From the IMG/VR virus record IMGVR_UViG_3300027833_000218, positions 1 to 24,188 of that record: DNA of 24,188 bases. The stretch is one strand, 5' to 3'. How positions within the stretch are numbered: the first letter of the stretch is position 1; each line of letters opens with the position of its first letter. The DNA comes from a virus (Duplodnaviria > Caudoviricetes). Below, in pieces: positions 1-7,489 of this stretch. Both the position numbers and the translations under genes were made by a program. Below the pieces are notes generated by a model that saw nothing but the letters and a program-made list of their open reading frames with translations, searched no databases and was not told where the DNA came from.

Positions 1-429
1 GAAACTAAAATAGGGGCTTTTCTAGCAAGCAAAGCTCCTAAAGTGTTACAAGCTTTAGGTGACGTGCTTCCTAATCAAGGAACACTAGGTGTAGTAAAAA
101 ATCTTATAACAAGTGATACTAAGATTAAAGCTGTTGACAAAGAACAAGCACTAAAACTTATAGAGCAAGATCTTCAAGAATTAAAGGAAGTATCTAGTAG
201 ATGGAGAGCTGATATGAAGTCAGATTCATGGTTATCTAAAAACACTCGTCCATTAGCTTTAGTATTTTTAACAGTATCTGCAGTTTTCATGATGGCTGTA
301 GATTCTTTTCACTTACAATTTCAAGTTGACGAAGCTTGGATAAACTTATTAAAAACGTTGCTGGTAACAGTATATGTAGCATACTTTGGATCTAGAGGTG
401 CTGAAAAAATTACAAAAATAAATAAATAA
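1..429 (+). CDS. Putative holin (3TM/DUF3154-like), 5'-truncated by the window edge
   Basis: Frame is open from base 1 (ETKIGAFLASKAPKVLQ...), so the GTG at 43 is probably internal. The motif SSRWRADMKSDSWLSKNTRP is followed by two hydrophobic helices and AYFGSRGAEK, as in this phage holin-like family. Confidence 0.65.
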   Translation, partial: ETKIGAFLASKAPKVLQALGDVLPNQGTLGVVKNLITSDTKIKAVDKEQALKLIEQDLQELKEVSSRWRADMKSDSWLSKNTRPLALVFLTVSAVFMMAVDSFHLQFQVDEAWINLLKTLLVTVYVAYFGSRGAEKITKINK

Positions 430-433
430 AAAA

Positions 434-739
434 ATGATAACACCATCACAGATAAGAGGATTAGAAGGTAATCAAAATGCACAACCAAGAGTTTTTGCTC
501 ATAGTGCTCTAGATTTACAAAACTTAGTAGGAGCCACTCAAATACCTAACACAGAAAACATCGGTGTTTGCTTGTATGTTGGTGTAGCTAACGATATAAC
601 AGTAAAAATGGAGGGTAGTTCTACGGAGGTTCTTTTCAAAGGTGTTACTGCTGGATCTTTTCTACCTATACTAGTTACTCATGTAACAGCTGTAGGAACA
701 GCTTTGACAGGACCAGGAGAGTTAATCGCATTATATTAA
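434..739 (+). CDS. Putative head-spike base protein (RcGTA Rcc01079-like)
   Basis: C-terminal LYVGVANDITVKMEG...VLFKGVTAGSFLPILVTHV...LIALY matches the recalled family pattern LYVG..GD..V.......F..V.AG..LP..V..V...IAL. Size ~100 aa; directly precedes a fibre gene starting MFMGLGM. Confidence 0.6.
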   Translation: MITPSQIRGLEGNQNAQPRVFAHSALDLQNLVGATQIPNTENIGVCLYVGVANDITVKMEGSSTEVLFKGVTAGSFLPILVTHVTAVGTALTGPGELIALY

Positions 740-745
740 TATAGT

Positions 746-3436
746 ATGTTTATGGGACTGGGGATGCCGATCCCCAACTTAAGTAATTTACCTGGGCCAT
801 CAAGACCTGGAGGAGGCGGAGGTGTAACTGTTCCTTACGAATTTAAGTTTGAAGTAACAGCTGGTCAAGTAGGAATAACTATTTTACCTAGAGTAAATGG
901 CCAAGGATTTACTATAAAATGGCAAGATGAAACTGAGCAAACTATAACTTCAGCTCAAACAGATTTACAAAGTCCAACTACTCAAGCTGGTGTTATATCT
1001 ATAAATAAAGAAGGTGATCAAACTTGGTGTGACGACTTTGCAGTTGCATCTGGAAAACAATTTGTAACTAAAGTTACATCTTGGGGTCAAAATCCTTGGA
1101 ACCGTCTTTTAAATGCTTTTAAAGATTGCACTAATTTAACCGAAATTGGAACAACTGGACTATTGGTAGATGCAAATGGAAGTAGTTTTAATTCATTGTT
1201 TGAAGGATGTACTTCTTTAACTGCTATAAACATGACCAACTGGGATTTGTCTTCTGGTAATGGCGCTTCCATTAGAAAAATAGCAAAAGGTTGTGTTAAT
1301 CTAGAGCAAGTTGATATACCTTCAAATAAGAAAATTAAATTTTACCAGGTCGCCAGCAATGAAGCATTCAGAGATAGTGGTACTTCCACCACTAACGGAT
1401 GCATTTTTAACATGCAAGGATTAGACTCTTCTACAACTACAACTGCTACTGCTTATGGAAACGACGCGTGGTTTAGAGGATGTAAAATATCTCCTTCTAG
1501 TAATTTTTCTAATTGGGTTTTTAATTCATCTTTGACATACAATATGAATTTTACGTTTTATCTAGCAGAAATGACAGGAACTAATTCTACTTTAGATATT
1601 TCTGGTTGGTCGACATTAAAAGCTACATCTTTTGGAAGTTTTATTAGAGGATTTAACAGCAATGGCGCAACGCCTAAACCTGATTCTAATTTTACTATAA
1701 ACGTTTCAAACTTAAATTTATCTCATGCTACAAACCTTTCTCTATTTTTTGGGTTTGCTAATAACGCTAGTAATGTTAAAAATATAATAGGTCTAAGCAC
1801 TTTACCAGCTATGGTATCTGCTTCTACTAATATTAATTATTTCATAGGTAGTTGTCCTTTTCTTAAACTAACTGATGATGATAACCTTTCAGATGCTTTT
1901 ATGAACAGTTTAAATAGTAATAATGCAAGTTCTATGTTTCAGGATCTTGGTCAAAGTTTAACATTAGGAGATTATGGTAAAGCACCTAACTTAGCTGGTT
2001 TAAATTTATCTGCATCAACTACTGTAGCTTCCATGTTTAGAAAGGCAAAACTTTCAAATGCACCTGATTTTAGTAATGTGATATTCCCAACCGCCGCGGT
2101 TAGTTACGCTACTTTTGCTTACTATTTAGAAGTTTCTGATACTGACGCTCACTTAGTAATTGATAGACCTACTGTTAAACCTAGTACTTTACAATTTGCT
2201 TTTGCATATAATCAAGTTCCTAAAGTAACAATAGGTGACAGTGTAGATCTTTCAGCAGTAACAACTTTTCAATATTTATTTCTAAATGCAGGTAGTGTTT
2301 CTAGACCTTGTGAAGTAACTTTACCTACAACAGCGGATTACGGTGGAACAACTCTAGCAACCTCTTGGGATAACTTGTTTAATGGGTTAAAGAGTCCTTT
2401 AGGTGGCACTCAAGTTTTATCAACGTGCGTTGGTGACACTTTTATTAGAAGATTACATGCTTCAACATTAAATACTAATCCTCAGTCGATAAACCTATAT
2501 GATACAAAACTAACGGGATCACCTTCTGTTGTAAATTCTAACGTTACAGATTTAGAAACTGCTGGATGGACAATTACCGACAACTCAACAGACGCTGTTA
2601 TGCCATTTGTATATACAGCTCCTTTACTTACGGATACAACTATAACTCCAACTGGCAGCTTTACAGGTGGAACATTTTCAAGTAGTAATGCAACTAATAT
2701 ACCAGTTAATGCTACAACAGGTGTTATAAATACACCAAACGCGGGTAACACAACAATTAGATATACCCTTGCAGATGGTTGTTATAATGAGCAAGCTATA
2801 TCACTAGGGAGTGAAACAGTAAGTAATGTTTATTCTATGGCATTTGATGGGGTTAATGATTATATTGACACTAGCTCAAGTACTGTTGGACAATTACAAG
2901 AGATGTCTGTCTCGGCTTGGTTTAAAGAAACTCAAAATGCCGTGGCTAACACTGCTCTTGTAGCTAATAACGGCTCTACTAACAAAGGTTGGTGTATATG
3001 GATAGATGGTACCAACATGCGTTGGCAAGTAGCTGATGGAAGTAGCAGTTTATCTTGGACCCAGACGGTTGTTGGAAGCTTTAGAACATACGCCCCTTTA
3101 AATCAGTGGAACCACGTATGTTGCACTTTTGATGGTGTTTATTCTAAAATATATATTAATGGTATATTAAGAGAAACTTGGACAGCTACTCCAACCCCTT
3201 ATGTTGTAGATTATTCTGGAAATGTTGGTAATTTAACTATAGGAAGAAGATCTTACGCTAATTCAGGATTTTTTAGAGGCCAAATAGACGAGGTAGGATT
3301 ATTTAACGCGGCTTTAACATCTTCACAAATAGAAGGAATCTACAACGCAACAGCAGTAGTAGGTGGAGTAAACAAAACAGCAGATTTAAGTCAATTAACA
3401 ACACCACCTATTGCGTGGTATAGAATGGGAGATTAA
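746..3436 (+). CDS. Putative head fibre/adhesin: N-terminal anchor, BspA/DUF285-like LRR region, Ig-like domain, C-terminal LamG-like domain
   Basis: MFMGLGMP...PGGGGG leader; FTIKWQD and VTSWGQNPW..AFKDCTNL (BspA-like); repeated F..C..L and W.LS units; GWTITD cap; GGTFSS...VNATTGVI...IRYT Ig-like unit; YSMAFDGVNDY...WNHVCCTFDG...GQIDEVGLFNAALT...WYRMGD LamG unit. Confidence 0.75.
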   Translation: MFMGLGMPIPNLSNLPGPSRPGGGGGVTVPYEFKFEVTAGQVGITILPRVNGQGFTIKWQDETEQTITSAQTDLQSPTTQAGVISINKEGDQTWCDDFAVASGKQFVTKVTSWGQNPWNRLLNAFKDCTNLTEIGTTGLLVDANGSSFNSLFEGCTSLTAINMTNWDLSSGNGASIRKIAKGCVNLEQVDIPSNKKIKFYQVASNEAFRDSGTSTTNGCIFNMQGLDSSTTTTATAYGNDAWFRGCKISPSSNFSNWVFNSSLTYNMNFTFYLAEMTGTNSTLDISGWSTLKATSFGSFIRGFNSNGATPKPDSNFTINVSNLNLSHATNLSLFFGFANNASNVKNIIGLSTLPAMVSASTNINYFIGSCPFLKLTDDDNLSDAFMNSLNSNNASSMFQDLGQSLTLGDYGKAPNLAGLNLSASTTVASMFRKAKLSNAPDFSNVIFPTAAVSYATFAYYLEVSDTDAHLVIDRPTVKPSTLQFAFAYNQVPKVTIGDSVDLSAVTTFQYLFLNAGSVSRPCEVTLPTTADYGGTTLATSWDNLFNGLKSPLGGTQVLSTCVGDTFIRRLHASTLNTNPQSINLYDTKLTGSPSVVNSNVTDLETAGWTITDNSTDAVMPFVYTAPLLTDTTITPTGSFTGGTFSSSNATNIPVNATTGVINTPNAGNTTIRYTLADGCYNEQAISLGSETVSNVYSMAFDGVNDYIDTSSSTVGQLQEMSVSAWFKETQNAVANTALVANNGSTNKGWCIWIDGTNMRWQVADGSSSLSWTQTVVGSFRTYAPLNQWNHVCCTFDGVYSKIYINGILRETWTATPTPYVVDYSGNVGNLTIGRRSYANSGFFRGQIDEVGLFNAALTSSQIEGIYNATAVVGGVNKTADLSQLTTPPIAWYRMGD

Positions 3437-3437
3437 T

Positions 3438-5690
3438 ATGAGTACAGAATTTTTCAACGACCAATGGCGCATGCCAAACAATAAAAATCAGAGCAAGCAA
3501 GCTAATTATAGTTTAGAGGCCTTGTCTCAAGGTGATTTTGTAACTGTTGAAGATTTTCCATTTGGAAGCTCACAAAGTTTTACAATTAGTTTTTGGGTTT
3601 ATGGTGCAGATTTAATTAGTCAGTCTTCAAAGTCCTTTATTGGTACAGAGTATTATTCACCTCCCTCTCCTTCTACTCAGTTTGGTTTTGGTTTAAATTT
3701 TCAATACGGTAGAATCCAATTTTACAGTTCCCCAATAAATAGTAGTAGAATTAATAATTTTTACACTGCAAATAATGTCTTAATAGAAAATGAATGGAAT
3801 CATGTTATACTAAGGTACAATTACGGTACTGATTATAGGATTTACCATAATAACACTTTAAAAGCAATTTATGATTCTAATTATCCTAATTTTAATCAAG
3901 CAGATGTAGAGGTTCAATATAATACTCAAACCCTATGGATATATAGAGGATTTTATGCGAATTCCAATTTAATCGGTAAAATGGCAGAATTTAGTTGTTT
4001 TGGATATGCTCTTACAGATACAGCTACATCAGCTGGACAAACGCCAACTGGACAAGTAGCAGCTATCTATGGAGATGGTTCTTCATTGCCTAATCCAATG
4101 GCATTATCGCCTAAACCTACAGTTTACTATCAATTAGGTGACCAATCAGCAGATAACGGAGCTAATTATTTAGTGCCTAATAGTTCTCTGAAAGATTATG
4201 TTTTTGATTTTAATGGGGGTGATTATATAGATTGTGGCAATGATAGTAGTTTAAATGTATCAACATCAAATCATTCTTTTAGTTTTTGGTTAAAAACTAC
4301 AACAACATCAAATGAAGTTATAGCTCAAAAAGGTAACGGAGATGAACTTGACACACAAACAAGACCAATAGGAAGCGGAAATGTTGCTATAAGTTGGGCT
4401 GGTTTTAATGGTTATGATGGTACAACTGTAATAAATGATGGTAATTGGCATAATATAATTTTTATTGCAAATGGTTCTGTTTCTTACATTTATGTAGATG
4501 GAAATTTAGACGTTACTGGAGGGAATAAAATACAATCAAGCTCTAACAGCGATAGTTTTTATATTGGAAGCAGAGCTGGATTATATGGTTTTAATGGTTC
4601 TCTTTCAAACGTTCAAATATTTAACACAGCACTACCAGCAACAGGTTCTAACTCAGTAGAAACTCTTTACAATAATGGTTCTCCACTTACATCAATGAGT
4701 GGGTTTACTTCTTTGCAAGGTTGGTGGAAATTAGATGCTTCTGCTACTTATGATGGTTCTAACTGGACTATACCTGATGACAGTACAAACTCAAACGATG
4801 GCACAAGCTCAGGAATGACACAAGCTAATTTAGTACAAAGTGATTTAAGTTTTACAAGTGGTTACTCACCATATGCTTTAGATTTTGATGGAACAAATGA
4901 TTATATAGATGCTGGTGTAACTGTACAACAACCGACTACAAACTACTCTGTTTCTTGCTGGGTAAAACTTGACTCTGTAGCACTTTGTGGAATTGTTGGT
5001 AATTTTAAAACAGGTGCTGCTCCTCAAGTAGGGTTCGCACTAACATTAAGTAGTGGCCTTAATTTTCAATTTTGGTCTGATGGAACAGCAAGCTCAAGTG
5101 CTGGTACAGTTACAGGAACAACAGTACCAAATACAAGTACTTGGTATAACGTAATTGGAGTTTATGATGGTTCATTAGTAAAAATATATGTAAATAATGT
5201 TTTAGAAAATTCAGTTTCTTACAGTGCGACTCCATCCGTAACAGACCAAAATTTAGTTATTGGAAGATGGTATGGCAATTATGATGGCTTCTATACAAAT
5301 GGCTCTATTTCAAATGTATCTGTTTGGAACGCAAGTTTAACATCTGCACAAGTATCAGAAATTTATAGTGAAGGAGTTCCCCAAAATCTAAACAACCATA
5401 GTGCCTATTCTAATTTAGTAAGCTGGTGGCAGTTAGGAAGTAATACGTCTTGGGTAGACCCTTATTGGATAGCTTTAGATGAAAAGGGAACTAATAATGG
5501 ACAAAGCCAAAATATAGCAGCTCCTAACAATATGGGTGAAAATGCTATAGTAGATGGTGTTGGTAGTTATGCAAATGGAGTTTCAAGTGGAATGTCAGAT
5601 AATATAGTGGGCGATGCACCTTACAGTAGTAGTAATTCTCTTAGTGTAAATATGGATGTAGAAGATAGAGTTGAAGATACACCAAGTTAA
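3438..5690 (+). CDS. Triple LamG/concanavalin-like lectin-domain virion protein
   Basis: Three LamG cores (FTISFWV/EWNHV; FSFWLK/NWHNI; YSVSCWVK/TWYNV). Start placed at ATG 3438 (TAA-T-ATG after the upstream stop) rather than TTG 3411. Confidence 0.8.
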   Translation: MSTEFFNDQWRMPNNKNQSKQANYSLEALSQGDFVTVEDFPFGSSQSFTISFWVYGADLISQSSKSFIGTEYYSPPSPSTQFGFGLNFQYGRIQFYSSPINSSRINNFYTANNVLIENEWNHVILRYNYGTDYRIYHNNTLKAIYDSNYPNFNQADVEVQYNTQTLWIYRGFYANSNLIGKMAEFSCFGYALTDTATSAGQTPTGQVAAIYGDGSSLPNPMALSPKPTVYYQLGDQSADNGANYLVPNSSLKDYVFDFNGGDYIDCGNDSSLNVSTSNHSFSFWLKTTTTSNEVIAQKGNGDELDTQTRPIGSGNVAISWAGFNGYDGTTVINDGNWHNIIFIANGSVSYIYVDGNLDVTGGNKIQSSSNSDSFYIGSRAGLYGFNGSLSNVQIFNTALPATGSNSVETLYNNGSPLTSMSGFTSLQGWWKLDASATYDGSNWTIPDDSTNSNDGTSSGMTQANLVQSDLSFTSGYSPYALDFDGTNDYIDAGVTVQQPTTNYSVSCWVKLDSVALCGIVGNFKTGAAPQVGFALTLSSGLNFQFWSDGTASSSAGTVTGTTVPNTSTWYNVIGVYDGSLVKIYVNNVLENSVSYSATPSVTDQNLVIGRWYGNYDGFYTNGSISNVSVWNASLTSAQVSEIYSEGVPQNLNNHSAYSNLVSWWQLGSNTSWVDPYWIALDEKGTNNGQSQNIAAPNNMGENAIVDGVGSYANGVSSGMSDNIVGDAPYSSSNSLSVNMDVEDRVEDTPS

Positions 5691-5709
5691 AATTTTAAAA
5701 TAAATAAAA

Positions 5710-5961
5710 ATGAATAATAAAAGTTATATAGTAATTAGTTTAAGTTCAACGGATAGCGTGCTATGGTCGCAGGTTTCGCAATCTTCTGCACAAAGTATGA
5801 GAAGAAACTTAGCAAACACTCAAGGTTTATTAAGCTACAGTGTAACACCAAGTTTTATTTCAGATGGTAGTTTACCAATAGTAGGTGATGTAATGAATCA
5901 AGACGAAGCTTTAGCATTAATGGCAACTGCAGCTTGGAGTGAGCCAGATCCTATTGACTAA
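5710..5961 (+). CDS. Small hypothetical protein, possible fibre-associated partner
   Basis: 83-aa ORF, A-rich leader, ATG/TAA; motifs V.WSQV.Q.S...MRR, TPSF and terminal W...P; directly follows the LamG gene. Confidence 0.7.
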   Translation: MNNKSYIVISLSSTDSVLWSQVSQSSAQSMRRNLANTQGLLSYSVTPSFISDGSLPIVGDVMNQDEALALMATAAWSEPDPID

Positions 5962-5983
5962 CCTCTAAATGTAAAAAAAGATT

Positions 5984-6199
5984 ATGAGTGGTAATATTCC
6001 TATAGACAACCCTATCGTCAGAACTTACTGGATAGCTTACGGTGATGATTCAGAAGATGACGTCAAAGGCTATGGTTATGTAGATCCTCAGCAGAAGCTT
6101 TTATGTAAGTGGTTTATTGATGAAACAATAGATGAAGCTGAATGGATAGCAGAACTTGCTTCACATGGCATTGATCCAAATCCGCCAAGCGAAGAATAA
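5984..6199 (+). CDS. Small acidic hypothetical protein
   Basis: 71-aa ORF filling the gap on the coding strand; TYWIAY...YGYV.P.Q...EAEW..EL...GI. Confidence 0.65.
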   Translation: MSGNIPIDNPIVRTYWIAYGDDSEDDVKGYGYVDPQQKLLCKWFIDETIDEAEWIAELASHGIDPNPPSEE

Positions 6200-6225
6200 A
6201 AACAAATACAATTAAATTAAATCAA

Positions 6226-6474
6226 ATGAAAATTAAAGAAGAAGAATTATTATTAATTCAAGAACAACAAAAACAATTAAACGAATTAGTTCATAATATC
6301 GGATTATTAGAAAGCCAAAAGCATGGACTACTTCATGAAATAGCTGGAGCTAATAAAGAAATAGAAGATTATAAGGAAATATTAGAAGCTGAATATGGCG
6401 CTATTAATATTGATCTTGAAGATGGTACTTATACTGAGATAAAAGAAGATGTCAAAGGTAATAAGGAAGATTAG
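6226..6474 (+). CDS. Coiled-coil hypothetical protein
   Basis: 82 aa; long heptad helix then EYGAINIDLEDGTY hairpin-like tail; preceded by an AATTA repeat leader. Confidence 0.75.
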   Translation: MKIKEEELLLIQEQQKQLNELVHNIGLLESQKHGLLHEIAGANKEIEDYKEILEAEYGAINIDLEDGTYTEIKEDVKGNKED

Positions 6475-6676
6475 TATAGGTTCTGACTATAAGAACGATG
6501 CAATGCATTATTCAACTGGTCAGGAAGTATATGGTGGACATACTATTAGCGATATTCTTTTTGAAGACAAAGACCAATCATATAATATTTTTATAACTAA
6601 AAATAATGAAGTCTTACCTTGGAAAAAGTTTAATGCTAATATGTCAATATCTGTAGAGTATGATCTTAAGTATTAA
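6449..6676 (+). CDS. Hypothetical small beta-rich protein
   Basis: 75 aa; overlaps the upstream gene by 26 nt and is joined to the next by TAATG. Confidence 0.75.
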   Translation: MSKVIRKISIGSDYKNDAMHYSTGQEVYGGHTISDILFEDKDQSYNIFITKNNEVLPWKKFNANMSISVEYDLKY

Positions 6677-7269
6677 TGCAAAGCTTATATTATTTTATTG
6701 TCAAACCTTTAAACGATAGGTATGACAATACAAGAAGAGTTGCTGATACTGATCTTATTATCAATAGTGGTATTGAAGATCACAGATTTATTAGTAAAAA
6801 AGCTGTAGTAGTTCAAACTCCTGCAGCTTATACTACTAAAATAAATATAGGTGATGAATTATATATTCACCATAATATATTTAGAAGATGGTATGATCAA
6901 AAAGGTAAGGAACGAAATAGTTCAACTCACTTTAAAGATGATCTTTATTTTGTTTCTCCTGAACAGATCTATATGTATAATTTAAAAACACATTTAGATT
7001 ATTGTTTTATAAAACCACTTAAAAACCAAAGTGTTTTAGAGAATAGAAAAGAACAACCTAATGTTGGAGTAGTAAAATATTCTAATAAGTCCTTAGAAGC
7101 TCTTAAAATAACACCTGGAACCCTTATTACGTTTACACCTAACTCTGAGTTTGAGTTTATTATAGAAGGTGAACGACTTTATTGTATGAAATCTAATGAT
7201 ATAGCTTTAACTCATGAATACCAAGGAAACGAAGAAGAAAATAATCCAAGCTGGGCAAAAAGCAGTTGA
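6676..7269 (+). CDS. GroES/Cpn10-like co-chaperonin, apparently two tandem domains
   Basis: Domain 1: FIVKPLNDRY...AVVVQTP...INIGDELYIH. Domain 2: FIKPL...GVVKY...ITPGTLITFTPNSEFEFIIEGERLYCMKSNDI, compare GroES KPL.DR...G.V.AV...VK.GD.V.F.....E..IDGE.Y..M.E.DI. Confidence 0.65.
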   Translation: MQSLYYFIVKPLNDRYDNTRRVADTDLIINSGIEDHRFISKKAVVVQTPAAYTTKINIGDELYIHHNIFRRWYDQKGKERNSSTHFKDDLYFVSPEQIYMYNLKTHLDYCFIKPLKNQSVLENRKEQPNVGVVKYSNKSLEALKITPGTLITFTPNSEFEFIIEGERLYCMKSNDIALTHEYQGNEEENNPSWAKSS

Positions 7270-7489
7270 GGAATTAATTAAGGTAGCAAAAGAAAAGATT
7301 GTTGACTCAGACGACGATGTAAGCGCTGATAGATTAAAGAATGCTGCCGCAACAAAGAAACTAGCTATATTCGATGCTTTTGAAATACTTAATCGTATTC
7401 AAATAGAAGAAGATATGCTAAATGAAAAACCTAAGGAAGTTAAAGTACAAAAAACATTTAAAGGTTTTGCAGAAGGGAGAAGTAAGTGA
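7214..7489 (+). CDS. Helical protein, candidate terminase small subunit
   Basis: 91 aa, helical and charged, coupled to the large terminase by a GTGA overlap. Function inferred from position only. Confidence 0.5.
   Translation: MNTKETKKKIIQAGQKAVEELIKVAKEKIVDSDDDVSADRLKNAAATKKLAIFDAFEILNRIQIEEDMLNEKPKEVKVQKTFKGFAEGRSK

Noticed and set aside
1431-1453. Short ACT/ACA/GCT triplet runs (also near 13731)
   Set aside because: Encode Thr/Ala-rich stretches in frame; ordinary low-complexity coding sequence.
3411-3437. TTG start at 3411 for the LamG gene
   Set aside because: ATG 3438 directly after the upstream TAA with A at -3 is a better start; the extra residues overlap the conserved WYRMGD codons.
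746-5690. Diversity-generating retroelement target or invertase shufflon in the adhesins
   Set aside because: No reverse transcriptase or recombinase in the window, and no ~100-nt near-duplicate differing at adenines or inverted cassettes was seen. A template elsewhere in the genome cannot be excluded.
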